DNA from: Polyangiales bacterium
GTDB lineage: Bacteria > Myxococcota_A > Polyangia > Polyangiales > Ga0077539
Length of the DNA: 64,000 bases
Reading direction: 5' to 3'
NCBI GenBank assembly: GCA_046351555.1
Contig: JAXLYI010000006.1
Span: 378,284-442,283, forward strand
Part shown: piece after piece, positions 19,565 to 29,245 of the stretch
Position numbering within the stretch: the stretch's first letter is position 1
Layout: each line of letters begins with the position of its first letter
Made by a program: the position numbers and the translations under genes
The notes under the pieces: generated by a model
Seen by the model: the letters and a program-made list of their open reading frames with translations, nothing else
Told to the model about the DNA's origin: nothing
Databases searched by the model: none

Positions 19565-20749
19565 ATGGAAGCAGCGATGGAGAACGCAGCCGCCGCCCGA
19601 GCCGCCGCCCGCGCCCGGGTCTTGTTCGTCGACGACGAGCCCCAGATGACCACCGCGCTACGGCGCGTCTTGAGCTGCGAGCCCTTCGAGGTGGCCGCGG
19701 CCAACAGCGTCTCGGACGCCTTCGCGCTGATGGCCGAGCGCGAGTTCGACGTCGTGGTCTCCGACGAGCTCATGCCCGACATGAGTGGGTCGGAGTTCTT
19801 GCGGCAGGTGCGGTCGTCGCACCCGTACACGGTGCGCATTCTCTTGACGGGCAAGGCCAGCCTCGACACCGCCATCCAGGCCGTCAACCGCGCGGGGATC
19901 TTCCGCTTCCTCCAGAAGCCCTGCTCCGCGCAGGACCTCATCGAGAGCCTCCGCGACGCGGTGAGCCACCGCAACGAGCGCGTGCTCAACCCCCCGACGC
20001 TGCTCCCGCCGCCCGACTCCCTCTCCATTGAGCTCTCGGGCCGCTACGAGCGCGCCCTCAAGGGCCTCTGGGTCGCCGTCCAGCCCGTCGTCTCGATGAC
20101 CACGCGCAACGTCTTCGCCTACGAGTGCCTCGTGCGCTCGAGCGACCCCTCCATCCCCCACGGCGGCGCCTTCGTCGAGCTCGCCGAGCGCCTCGGCCGC
20201 TCCGTCGACCTCGACCGGCACATCCGCCGCCACGTCGCGCGGATGATCGAGGGCGCCCCCGAGTCGCTCACCGTCCTCGTCAACCTCCACCCCTCCTCCC
20301 TCGACGACGCCGACCTCTTCGACCCGCAGTCGCCCCTCTCGCGCTGCGCCGAGCGCGTCGTGCTGGAGATCACCGAGCGCGCCTCCCTCCACGACCTCAA
20401 CGGCGCGCGCGAGAAGGTCACCGCGCTGCGCGCCCTCGGGTACCGCATCGCCGTCGACGACCTCGGCGCCGGCTACGCCGGGCTCACCAGCCTCGTCCTC
20501 CTGCACCCCGAGATCGTCAAGATCGACATGGAGCTGGTCCGGGGCATCCACGCCTCGCCCACCAAGGCCAAGCTCGTCTCCGCGGTGATCACCCTCTGCC
20601 GCGAGCTCGGCACGCAGGTGATCGCCGAGGGCATCGAGACGCTCGACGAGTGCCGCGCGCTCGAGACCCTCGGGTGCGGCCTCCTCCAGGGCTACTTCTT
20701 CGCCCGCCCCGGCGCCCCCTACCCCGCCGTCCACTGGCCCCGCGCCTGA
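19565..20749 (+). CDS. response regulator with an EAL (c-di-GMP phosphodiesterase) domain
   Basis: REC domain (VLFVDDE...DELMPDMSG), then an EAL-domain core (QPVVSM...AYECLVR, EITE, DDLGAGY, KIDMELV). GGAGAG RBS 7 nt upstream of the ATG. Confidence 0.8.
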   Translation: MEAAMENAAAARAAARARVLFVDDEPQMTTALRRVLSCEPFEVAAANSVSDAFALMAEREFDVVVSDELMPDMSGSEFLRQVRSSHPYTVRILLTGKASLDTAIQAVNRAGIFRFLQKPCSAQDLIESLRDAVSHRNERVLNPPTLLPPPDSLSIELSGRYERALKGLWVAVQPVVSMTTRNVFAYECLVRSSDPSIPHGGAFVELAERLGRSVDLDRHIRRHVARMIEGAPESLTVLVNLHPSSLDDADLFDPQSPLSRCAERVVLEITERASLHDLNGAREKVTALRALGYRIAVDDLGAGYAGLTSLVLLHPEIVKIDMELVRGIHASPTKAKLVSAVITLCRELGTQVIAEGIETLDECRALETLGCGLLQGYFFARPGAPYPAVHWPRA

Positions 20750-20758
20750 CGCAGCCCC

Positions 20759-21466
20759 TCAGCGCCCCAGAAACTCCGCGAGCAGCATCAGCGACGCCGA
20801 CACCGTCGCCACGCCGCCGTCGGCCCGCAGCACCCCGTCGCCCGCGATGAAGGGCACGAGGAAGCGCGTCGCGTCGACCCGCGCCGCGAGCCCGAGGCGG
20901 GCGAACGCGCCGAGGTTGTAGGTGCCCCCGGCCGACGCGCCGAGCGCGACGCCCACCGTGCGCACGCCGAGCAGCTCGCCGAAGAGCGCCACCGCGCCGC
21001 TCACCCCCGCGAAGGCCTCGAAGTTGTGCGCCGCCGTCGTGAAGAAGAGCCAGCGGTGCTCGATGCGCACCTGCTGGAGCGTCGCCGACGCGAAGAGGTT
21101 GCGCGCGTTGCGCAGCGAGAGGTCGTAGCCCGCCAGCCACTCGCGCGTGCGGTGGTAGCGGTAGCCGCCGCCGACGAAGATCCCGCCGCCGCCGCCGAAG
21201 GGGCACACGTCGCTCGCGTCGGGGCACACCGAGTCGGGCACCAGCAGGGCCGACGTGGAGACCGCGCCCACCGCGAAGGTGTAGGGCAGGAAGGGGAAGG
21301 TCACGCCGGGGACGGGCCTCGGCGGGGTCGCCGCGGCGCCCGACGTGACCGGCGCGCCCGACGCGCCCGATGCGCCCGCGAAGTCCTGGGCGCGCGCGGC
21401 CGGCGCGAGGGCGGAGAGCCCGGCGAGGAGCGCGGCGGCGGTGAGGCGCGGGGGGGCGGCGGACAC
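20759..21466 (-). CDS. secreted hypothetical protein (Gly/Ala-rich, probable beta-barrel)
   Basis: Signal peptide (LLAGLSALAPAARAQD), alternating hydrophobic pattern, high GC3. Confidence 0.5.
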   Translation of the reverse strand: MSAAPPRLTAAALLAGLSALAPAARAQDFAGASGASGAPVTSGAAATPPRPVPGVTFPFLPYTFAVGAVSTSALLVPDSVCPDASDVCPFGGGGGIFVGGGYRYHRTREWLAGYDLSLRNARNLFASATLQQVRIEHRWLFFTTAAHNFEAFAGVSGAVALFGELLGVRTVGVALGASAGGTYNLGAFARLGLAARVDATRFLVPFIAGDGVLRADGGVATVSASLMLLAEFLGR

Positions 21467-21585
21467 GCGCCGACGATACGGGACGTCGAAGACAGTTGAA
21501 AGCGCCCCGCGGATCGTGTTTGTTGGCGGCCCACGGGGCGCGCGACGGAGTGTCGCGGGCCGGTACTACAAGAGGCAGAGCAGCG

Positions 21586-21960
21586 ATGGAGATCGTTCTC
21601 GACAAGCGCGCGGTCAAGCAGATCCGTCTCTCGGCGCAGGACGCCATCGAGGAGGGCGACACCGATACGCTGCGCGACGACATCCTGGACTCCTTCAGCG
21701 AGGACCAGGTCGAGGAGATCGAGCGGCGCATCTCCACGGACTTCTACGACTTCCTCGGCGACACGCTGGAGGAGTGGTCGGCGGAGGACGTCGAGGAGCT
21801 GCTCGACCTGCTCGAGTCGCAGCTCGCGGACGTCGGGATCGAGCTGAAGTACGAGACGCAGGAGTCGGTCGACGACGAGGACCCCGACCCGGACTACGAC
21901 GACGTCGACGACGACGACGACGCGGACGCCGACGAGGAGCCCCTCGATGAAGACGACTGA
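21586..21960 (+). CDS. small highly acidic protein (Asp/Glu-rich C-terminus)
   Basis: MEIVLDKRAVKQIRL...DDEDPDPDYDDVDDDDDADADEEPLDEDD, high GC3. Confidence 0.5.
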   Translation: MEIVLDKRAVKQIRLSAQDAIEEGDTDTLRDDILDSFSEDQVEEIERRISTDFYDFLGDTLEEWSAEDVEELLDLLESQLADVGIELKYETQESVDDEDPDPDYDDVDDDDDADADEEPLDEDD

Positions 21961-22210
21961 CCGGCGGACGTCGGGCGGGCGCGTGGCCCGCTTGACACCC
22001 CCGGGCGGTGCCTTCTAGCTTCCGCGCCGCGCACCGGCGCACTTTTTCCCTGCCCCCCCGATGAGCCACTGAGACCCCGCACGACACCGTGACGCCGGCG
22101 CCGCCCGCGGGCGCGCGCACCCCTCCCCCGCCCCCCACCGGAAACACCGACCGCACGGCGCTCCCTGCGCCGGCGCACCGCCCACCCCACCGTAAGAGAG
22201 ACCGAGAGAC

Positions 22211-23467
22211 ATGGAATCGATCAACCTCCGCGACCTCAAGCAGAAGCCGATGCCCGAGCTGGTGCAGATGGCGAAGGACCTCAACATCGAGAACGCGGCC
22301 GGCCTGCGCAAGCAGGAGCTGATCTTCGCCTTCCTCCAGGCGTACGCGGGCCGCAAGGGCGAGGTCGGCGCCGAGGGCGTGCTCGAGTGCCTCCCGGACG
22401 GCTTCGGCTTCCTCCGCGCGCCGGACTACAACTACCTCCCGGGCCCCGACGACATCTACGTCTCGCCGTCGCAGATCCGCCGCTTCAACCTCCGCACCGG
22501 CGACGCGGTGCAGGGCACCGTCCGCCCGCCGCGCGACAACGAGCGCTACTTCGCGCTGCTCAAGGTCGACAAGATCAACGGCGACGCGCCCGAGGTGTCG
22601 CGCGACAAGATCCTCTTCGACAACCTCACGCCGCTCTACCCGCAGCGCCGCTTCAACCTCGAGTACGACCGCAAGAACAACTCGACCCGCATCATCGACC
22701 TGCTGGTGCCGATCGGCATGGGCCAGCGCTGCCTCATCGTCTCGCCGCCCCGCGCCGGCAAGACCGTCCTCCTGCAGAACATCGCCAACGCCATCAGCGC
22801 CAACCACCCCGACGCCGAGCTGATCGTGCTGCTGATCGACGAGCGGCCCGAGGAGGTCACCGACATGCAGCGCTCGGTGCGCGGCGAGGTGATCTCCAGC
22901 ACCTTCGACGAGCCCGCCACGCGCCACGTCCAGGTGGCCGAGATGGTGATCGAGAAGGCCAAGCGCATGGTCGAGCACAAGCGCGACGTGGTGATCCTCC
23001 TCGACTCGATCACGCGCCTCGCGCGCGCCTACAACACGGTGGTCCCCGCGTCGGGCAAGATCCTCTCGGGCGGCGTCGACGCCAACGCGCTGCACAAGCC
23101 GAAGCGCTTCTTCGGCGCGGCGCGCAACCTCGAGGAGGGCGGCTCGCTCACCATCATCGCGACGGCCCTCGTCGACACCGGGTCGCGCATGGACGAGGTG
23201 ATCTTCGAGGAGTTCAAGGGCACCGGCAACAGCGAGGTGCACCTCGACCGGAAGCTCATGGAGAAGCGGATCTTCCCGTGCCTCGACATCAACAAGTCGG
23301 CGACGCGCAAGGAGGAGCTGCTCCTGCCCGAGTTCACGCTCCAGCGCGTGTGGCTGCTCCGCCAGCTCCTGCACCCGCTCAACGTCATCGACTCGATGGA
23401 GTTCCTCCTCGACAAGATCACCCGGACCGAGAGCAACCGCGAGTTCCTCGAGTCGATGAACCAGTGA
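22211..23467 (+). CDS. rho: transcription termination factor Rho
   Basis: N-terminal [23 protein letters not shown]-fold RNA-binding region, Walker A GPPRAGKT, Q and R loops. 418 aa. Confidence 0.95.
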   Translation: MESINLRDLKQKPMPELVQMAKDLNIENAAGLRKQELIFAFLQAYAGRKGEVGAEGVLECLPDGFGFLRAPDYNYLPGPDDIYVSPSQIRRFNLRTGDAVQGTVRPPRDNERYFALLKVDKINGDAPEVSRDKILFDNLTPLYPQRRFNLEYDRKNNSTRIIDLLVPIGMGQRCLIVSPPRAGKTVLLQNIANAISANHPDAELIVLLIDERPEEVTDMQRSVRGEVISSTFDEPATRHVQVAEMVIEKAKRMVEHKRDVVILLDSITRLARAYNTVVPASGKILSGGVDANALHKPKRFFGAARNLEEGGSLTIIATALVDTGSRMDEVIFEEFKGTGNSEVHLDRKLMEKRIFPCLDINKSATRKEELLLPEFTLQRVWLLRQLLHPLNVIDSMEFLLDKITRTESNREFLESMNQ

Positions 23468-23656
23468 CCGCGCGGCGCGGTTGACGCCGCGCGCGCTCCC
23501 GTGCCCCAATCGCCCCCAGCACCGGTGGGCGACCCCTCCCCCAAGCCCCGCGCCCTCCCGACGACGCGCGCCGACGTCGCCCACGACGTCACCGCCGTCG
23601 CCGACGTCGCACACGACGTCACCGCCGTCGCCCCGTCACCCCTCCAGGCCGGCTCG

Positions 23657-25225
23657 ATGAAGCCCGCGGCCTCCCCCACCGGCGCCGCCACCGTGGCCGC
23701 CCGCGGCGCGATCCACTCGCTCGCCGAGCGCCAGGACCTCGCCCACGCCGCGGCCTTCTACCGCCGCGCGCGCGTCCCGGGCTACCTCGGCTGGCTCGTG
23801 TGGGCGCCGTTCGACCTCGCGCTCGACCGCGCGATGTACCCGGGCACCCTCGCCCGCTCGCTCGCGATCCGCGCCGTCGTCTTCGCGCTCCTCGCCCTCT
23901 GCCTGGAGGGCATCATCCGCGCGAAGAGCTACCGCGCGATGACCCTCTGGCTCCTCGCCCTCGCGGTGTGCGTCAACGGCGGCATCGCCGCGGTGGGCAC
24001 GCGCCTCGGCGGCATCCACAGCCCCTACAACCCCGGCGGGCTGGTGATCCTGGCCGTCCTCGGCTTCAGCCCGCTCCCCTGGCAGCGCATCCTGCCCGTC
24101 GCCGCCGCCTGCACCCTCGTCTACCCGCTCGTGCTCGTCGGCTACGCGGTGCGCGACCCGGTGCAGCACGCCGCGATGCACGCGCCCGGCGCGCTCGTCC
24201 CGCTCGCCGTCAACACGCTCCTCGGCGTGCTCGTCGCGGGCCTCGCGTCCATCGGCGCGAGCCTGTCGTGGTCGCTGCGGCAGCAGGTGTTCGAGAGCCG
24301 AAGCATCGGGCGCTACCAGCTCCGGCGGCGCCTCGGCGCGGGCGGCATGGGCGAGGTGTGGGCCGCGTGGCACAAGGGCCTCCACCGCGAAGTCGCCGTG
24401 AAGATCCTCCGCGCGCCCGGCGACCCCGCACAGGCCGCCGCCCGCTTCGAACGCGAGGTGCGCGCGATGACGGAGCTCACGCACCCCAACACCGTGCGCG
24501 TGTTCGACTACGGCGTCACCGACGACGGCATCCACTACTACGCCATGGAGCTTCTCGCCGGCGAGAACCTCGTCGAGCTCGTCGAGCGCGAGGGCCCGCT
24601 CCCGCCCGAGCGCGCGCTCTACCTCGCCGCCCAGGCCGCCCGCGCCCTCGCCGAGGCCCACGGCCGCGGCCTCGTCCACCGCGACGTGAAGCCCGAGAAC
24701 CTCTTCGTCACCAACGCCGGCGGCGAGCGCGATTTCGTCAAGGTGCTCGACTTCGGCATCGTGCGCCGCGAGGCCGAGGCCGAGAATGCCCACCTCACCA
24801 AGACCGGCGCCATCGCCGGCACCCCCGCGTACCTCGCGCCCGAGGTGGTGCGCGGCCAACCCGCCACCGCGCGCGCGGACGTGTACGCCCTCGGCGGCGT
24901 GCTCTACTTCCTCCTCACCGGCCGCCACGTCTTCGAAGGCGAAAGCGCCGTCGCCCTCCTCCTCGCCCAACTGAACGAGCCCGTCGCGCCGCCGAGCGCC
25001 GTCCGCGGTTCGCCCGTCCCCGCCGACCTCGAGGCCCTCGTCCTGCGCTGCCTCGACAAGTCCCCCGACGAGCGCCCGGCCGACGCGTTCCAACTCGCGG
25101 AGGCGCTCGCGGGCTGCTCGGTCGCGGGCCACTGGCGCCCAGCGCTCCTCACCTCGCCGGGCTCCGTCAAACCCGACCGCGCCGCCATCGCCGTCGCCGA
25201 GACCGTCCAGGTCGAGCGCCCCTGA
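23657..25225 (+). CDS. Ser/Thr protein kinase with a polytopic membrane N-terminal domain
   Basis: Six or more TM helices, then Hanks kinase motifs (GAGGMGEVW, VAVK, HRDVKPEN, DFGI, GTPAYLAPE). An alternative upstream start at 23501 would add a 27-bp in-frame tandem repeat (DVAHDVTAVA x2). Confidence 0.8.
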   Translation: MKPAASPTGAATVAARGAIHSLAERQDLAHAAAFYRRARVPGYLGWLVWAPFDLALDRAMYPGTLARSLAIRAVVFALLALCLEGIIRAKSYRAMTLWLLALAVCVNGGIAAVGTRLGGIHSPYNPGGLVILAVLGFSPLPWQRILPVAAACTLVYPLVLVGYAVRDPVQHAAMHAPGALVPLAVNTLLGVLVAGLASIGASLSWSLRQQVFESRSIGRYQLRRRLGAGGMGEVWAAWHKGLHREVAVKILRAPGDPAQAAARFEREVRAMTELTHPNTVRVFDYGVTDDGIHYYAMELLAGENLVELVEREGPLPPERALYLAAQAARALAEAHGRGLVHRDVKPENLFVTNAGGERDFVKVLDFGIVRREAEAENAHLTKTGAIAGTPAYLAPEVVRGQPATARADVYALGGVLYFLLTGRHVFEGESAVALLLAQLNEPVAPPSAVRGSPVPADLEALVLRCLDKSPDERPADAFQLAEALAGCSVAGHWRPALLTSPGSVKPDRAAIAVAETVQVERP

Positions 25226-25335
25226 GCGCGTTGCCCTGACGCTCCGCCCGCGGCCTCCACCGTTGCTCTAGTGGGCGGCCGACGTTCGATCGCGTGCGCT
25301 TGTGGGGATGCGTCGGGCTCCGCAAGCTGCGTCGC

Positions 25336-26274
25336 ATGAAGCACCGCGACGACGACCCCGACGAGCTCACGCGCCGCGAGGCGATCGCGGCCCTCGGCGC
25401 CGCCGCCCTCGCCGCGTGCACCACCGACCGCGCCGCCACCCCCGCGCGCCGCCCGGAGCGTCACCCCATGAACACCTCCCGCCTCCCCGTCGCCTACCTC
25501 CCCCACGGCGGCGGCCCGTGGCCCTTCGTCGAGGGCCTCGGCGACCCGTCGGAGCTCCGCCCCCTCGCCGACTACCTCCGCTCGGTGCGCGACCTCGCGC
25601 CGACTCGCCCGCGCGCCGTGCTGATGGTCTCGGCCCACTGGGAGGAGCCCGTCGTCACCGTGATGACCTCCCCCCGCCCGCCGATGCTCTACGACTACTA
25701 CGGCTTCCCGCCCGAGTCGTACCAGGTCACCTGGCCCGCGCCCGGCGACCCCGCGCTCGCGGGCCGCGTGCGCGAGCTCCTCACGGCCGCCAACATCGAG
25801 AGCCGCGAGGACCCCGCGCGCGGCTTCGACCACGGCACCTTCGTCCCGATGAAGCTCACCTGGCCCGACGCCGACGTCCCCACCGTGCAGATGTCGCTGC
25901 GCCGCGGCCTCGACCCCGCCGAGCACCTCCGCGTCGGCCGCGCGATCGCCCCGCTGCGCGACGAGGGCGTGCTCATCCTCGGCAGCGGCATGAGCTACCA
26001 CAACATGCAGGGCTTCTTCCGCGGCGGCGACGTCGCCACCGCGTCGGCCGCGTTCGACGCGTGGCTCGACGAGACCGTCGCGATGGACGCCGCCGCCCGC
26101 GACGAGCGCCTCACGCGCTGGGCCGGCGCGCCCGGCGGCCGCCGCTCGCACCCGCGCGAGGAGCACCTGCTCCCGCTGATGGTAATCGCCGGCGCCGCAG
26201 GGAGCGACCGCGGCCGCACCGCGTGGCGCGGCGGGCTGATGGGCGCGCGCATCTCGGCGCACCACTTCGGCTGA
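25336..26274 (+). CDS. class III extradiol ring-cleavage dioxygenase (LigB / DOPA-dioxygenase family) with Tat-like signal
   Basis: Tat-like motif (RREAIAALGAAALAAC); LigB-family His residues (PHGGGP...HWEEP...HNMQ). Confidence 0.7.
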   Translation: MKHRDDDPDELTRREAIAALGAAALAACTTDRAATPARRPERHPMNTSRLPVAYLPHGGGPWPFVEGLGDPSELRPLADYLRSVRDLAPTRPRAVLMVSAHWEEPVVTVMTSPRPPMLYDYYGFPPESYQVTWPAPGDPALAGRVRELLTAANIESREDPARGFDHGTFVPMKLTWPDADVPTVQMSLRRGLDPAEHLRVGRAIAPLRDEGVLILGSGMSYHNMQGFFRGGDVATASAAFDAWLDETVAMDAAARDERLTRWAGAPGGRRSHPREEHLLPLMVIAGAAGSDRGRTAWRGGLMGARISAHHFG

Positions 26275-26289
26275 ACCCCCCTCCGCGGC

Positions 26290-28197
26290 TCAGTGCCGCC
26301 GCCGCCGTCGCCGCGGCGCGGCCTGCGCCACCTCCGCGCCCTCGCGCCCCTCGGGCCTCGCCTCCGCCGCGCGCCGCTCGGCCGCCGCGCGCGCCTCCGC
26401 CGCGGTGAGCCGCGCGCGCAACGCGTCGGCCGTCGGCGTGGTGGGCTCCTGCGTCAGCGCGGTGCACCCCTCCGAGCGCGCGATCGCGTCGCGCAGCGCG
26501 GTCGCCTGCGTCGCCGGGGCGCTCGCCGCCTCGGCCCGCGCCACCAGCGCGCGCAGCGACTCGGCGCAGCGGGCGCGGCCGCGGACGAGCAGCGGGTCGG
26601 TCTGCGCCGGCTCCGCACCGTGCTCGAGGGCGCGCGTGGTCTCGTCGCGCACGCAGCGGCCGTCGCCCGCCTCCACGCACGCGCCCGCCCGCCGCAGCGC
26701 CGCGTCGCGCAGCAGCCGCTCGCGCAGCGGCGGGGCGAACTCCCGCGCCAGGTCGGCCAGCGCCGTCGCGCGCGCGTCGTCGGCGCCCGCGGCGGCCTGC
26801 TCGATGGACGTCGCAACGGCGCGGCGGGCCTCCTGGCGCGACTCGTCGCGGTACCAGGGCTCGCGCGCCGACGCGGCCTTCGCCTCGGGCGTGGCGGCGC
26901 GCGTGAGCCTGCGCAGGTGGACGCGGTCGAGGATCGCCTCGCCGGACGCCCGGTCGACGTCGAGCGCGCGGAGGGCGTCGGCCTCGAGGGCGGCGCGCGC
27001 GAGGTCGCCGGCGTCGAAGCTGGCCTGCGCGTGGGCGGCGCGGGGGCGGCCGCGCGAGGCCACCAGCGCGAGCGCGCCCGTCAGCAGCATCAGCGCGCCG
27101 GCGGGGACCCACAGCCGCATCGGCGTGCGCGCGGGCGGCGCGAGCAGGAGCCCCGCGAGCGTGAACGTGGACGCGAGCGAGAGCGCCACCGCGAGCGCCA
27201 CCAGCGTCGGCCCCTGCGCCCCCTGCGCGTACCACGCGTGCCGCGACGCGTTGCCCGCCGCGAGGAACACCCCGGCCCCCACCGCGACCGCCCCGAAGGC
27301 CAGGGTGACGTTGCGCCGCAGCTCGATCGGGCGCCAGTCGGCCGTCCCGTCGACCTCGGGGGGCGTGCCCCCCACCGGCACCACGCCCGTCGCGAGCGCC
27401 GTCCCGTACGTGACGAGGCACCGCACCGTCTGGAAGCGCTGGACCCTCGTGCTCACCACGCGCTCGTCGGGCTTGAGCCCCGCGGGGAGGAGCTCGCGCG
27501 GCGCGTCGCCCGGCGGCCGCGCGCCCGTGTCCTCGACGCGCGTGGCGACGAAGCGCGACGGGTCGAGGTCGAAGTCCGCCGGGTCGCTCACGTTGGGGTG
27601 AGCGCGCGCCGCGGCGCCCATCGGGTGGACGCACGCCGCCGTCCGCGTGCTCCGCTCGACCTCGAGCCACGCCGTCACCTCGCCCGCGCCCTTGCAGCCC
27701 GTGCACGGGAGCTGACCACTCTTGCACTCGGTGCACGGGAGCTTCTTCATCCCGCCGCACTGCGCGCACTCGGCGCCGCGCGCGTCGACGCCGGCGCCGT
27801 CGCAGCGCGCGCAGCGGACCTTGCCCGCGCCGCGGCAGGCGGGGCACTTCGAAGCGCCGCTCCCGAGGCACGCCGGGCACCACGCGACGACGCGCGTGGC
27901 GTCGGGCAGCGCGTGGACGTCGACCGCCCACGGGTCGACCCCCTCGGGCGCCGGGAGCGCCTTCTGCTCGCGCGACCGGCCGGGCCCCGGGCCCGTGCGC
28001 AGGAGCACCTTGCGCCGCTCGACGACGTGGAGCGCGCGCGCGTAGACGTCGACGTCGTCGCGGACGCCGAGCACCGAGTCGCGGAAGGCCTCCTCCGAGA
28101 AGCCAACGCGCGCGGAGGCCCGGGCGGCGGCGTCGATCGACTCCTGGTGCCGTCGGGTGCTGGGGGCCTGGAGCTCGGGGAGGAGGCTCTCGGACAT
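26290..28197 (-). CDS. membrane protein with DnaJ-type CxxCxGxG zinc-ribbon repeats, ~4 TM helices and an Ala-rich helical tail
   Basis: CPACLGSGASKCPACRGAGKVRCARCDGAG...CAQCGG...CTECKSGQLPCTGCKGAG; hydrophobic block LAFGAVAVGAGVFLAAG...LVALAVALSLASTFTLAGLLLA. Confidence 0.5.
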   Translation of the reverse strand: MSESLLPELQAPSTRRHQESIDAAARASARVGFSEEAFRDSVLGVRDDVDVYARALHVVERRKVLLRTGPGPGRSREQKALPAPEGVDPWAVDVHALPDATRVVAWCPACLGSGASKCPACRGAGKVRCARCDGAGVDARGAECAQCGGMKKLPCTECKSGQLPCTGCKGAGEVTAWLEVERSTRTAACVHPMGAAARAHPNVSDPADFDLDPSRFVATRVEDTGARPPGDAPRELLPAGLKPDERVVSTRVQRFQTVRCLVTYGTALATGVVPVGGTPPEVDGTADWRPIELRRNVTLAFGAVAVGAGVFLAAGNASRHAWYAQGAQGPTLVALAVALSLASTFTLAGLLLAPPARTPMRLWVPAGALMLLTGALALVASRGRPRAAHAQASFDAGDLARAALEADALRALDVDRASGEAILDRVHLRRLTRAATPEAKAASAREPWYRDESRQEARRAVATSIEQAAAGADDARATALADLAREFAPPLRERLLRDAALRRAGACVEAGDGRCVRDETTRALEHGAEPAQTDPLLVRGRARCAESLRALVARAEAASAPATQATALRDAIARSEGCTALTQEPTTPTADALRARLTAAEARAAAERRAAEARPEGREGAEVAQAAPRRRRRRH

Positions 28198-28331
28198 GGG
28201 GCGGACGTCTCGGTCGGCGCACGGCGCCTGACGGTCCCCGGCGCGCGGGGCGCAGTCTCACCGACCGGGACGGCGGCGCACAAGGCGGAAGTGGCGAGGA
28301 ACACGGCGTGACGTCGCCGCGCGACGGAGAT

Positions 28332-29186
28332 TCAGCGGTCGGGCGCGCCCGCGTCGACGAGGGGCGTCCCTCCGCCGCTTCCGCCGCTGCCGCACATCTG
28401 CAGGCGCATCGAGAGGGCGTCGCAGGCGGCGGCGGGCCGCGGGTTGCCGCCGCTGCAGACGAAGCCGTTGCGCTGGACGCAGATGAGCAGTTGGTCGAAC
28501 ACGCGCTGGCACGTCCCACCGAGCATGGTGGCGGCGTCGGAGCAGTTGGCGGCGCAGCCCGTGTCGCTCATCCCGCACGCGCGGTCGGCGAGGGCGCAGG
28601 CCTCGGCGCAGCCGGGGTAGGTGGGCGCGGGGCCGCCGTCGCCCGGGGGAGGCGGCGGCGGGGGCGGCGGGTCGACGCCGCCGTTGAGGCAGCCCGTCGC
28701 GGCCATGAAGAACGAGGCGCACGCGCGCGGCGGCTGCGCCATCCCCATCGGGCCGCAGGTGAAGCCCGTCCGCGTCACGCAGTCGTAGGCCGCGAGCACC
28801 TGCGCGCTGCACGTCGCGTAGTTGGGCGCGCCGCCCACCATCGCGCACTGGTCGACGCAGTTGCTGGAGGCCGTGCCGCAATCGCGTGCCATGCGGTCAC
28901 ACACCCGGGCGCAGGTCGCACGGAGGGGGTCCGTCCCGCCGTCGCCGGGAGGCGGCGGAGGCGGCGGCCGGGTGACGTCGACCGCGGGCACGTCGATGGG
29001 CGGCGGGGGCGGGATGACGCTGCCGTCGTTGACGGGTGCCCCATCGGGCGCGACGGCGTCGGGCGTGGGGGAGACGTCGGGCGTAGGGGCGGCGTCGGCG
29101 CGCGGGCCGATGGGAACCACCACCACCGAGCCGCACGCGGCGAGCGCGGCGACGAGCGGGGCGATGAGGAGGGAGGCGCGGTTCAT
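28332..29186 (-). CDS. Cys-rich lipoprotein with an internally duplicated domain and poly-Pro linkers
   Basis: Lipobox LVAALAACGS; two ~90-aa repeats each with ~8 Cys; PPPPPPPPGDGG linkers. AGGAG RBS. Confidence 0.6.
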   Translation of the reverse strand: MNRASLLIAPLVAALAACGSVVVVPIGPRADAAPTPDVSPTPDAVAPDGAPVNDGSVIPPPPPIDVPAVDVTRPPPPPPPGDGGTDPLRATCARVCDRMARDCGTASSNCVDQCAMVGGAPNYATCSAQVLAAYDCVTRTGFTCGPMGMAQPPRACASFFMAATGCLNGGVDPPPPPPPPPGDGGPAPTYPGCAEACALADRACGMSDTGCAANCSDAATMLGGTCQRVFDQLLICVQRNGFVCSGGNPRPAAACDALSMRLQMCGSGGSGGGTPLVDAGAPDR

Positions 29187-29245
29187 GGGAGGGGCTCCTG
29201 AGGGTGTCGGGCGCGCGGGATGTTGCACCCCCGGTGCCAGCGCTG

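Noticed and set aside
23570-23630. 27-bp tandem repeat (DVAHDVTAVA x2) and other short tandem repeats (16330-16380, 53180-53260, 51230-51270), checked as possible CRISPR arrays
   Set aside because: Only 2-4 head-to-tail copies with no spacers, all lying in-frame inside coding regions. They are slippage duplications, not CRISPR.
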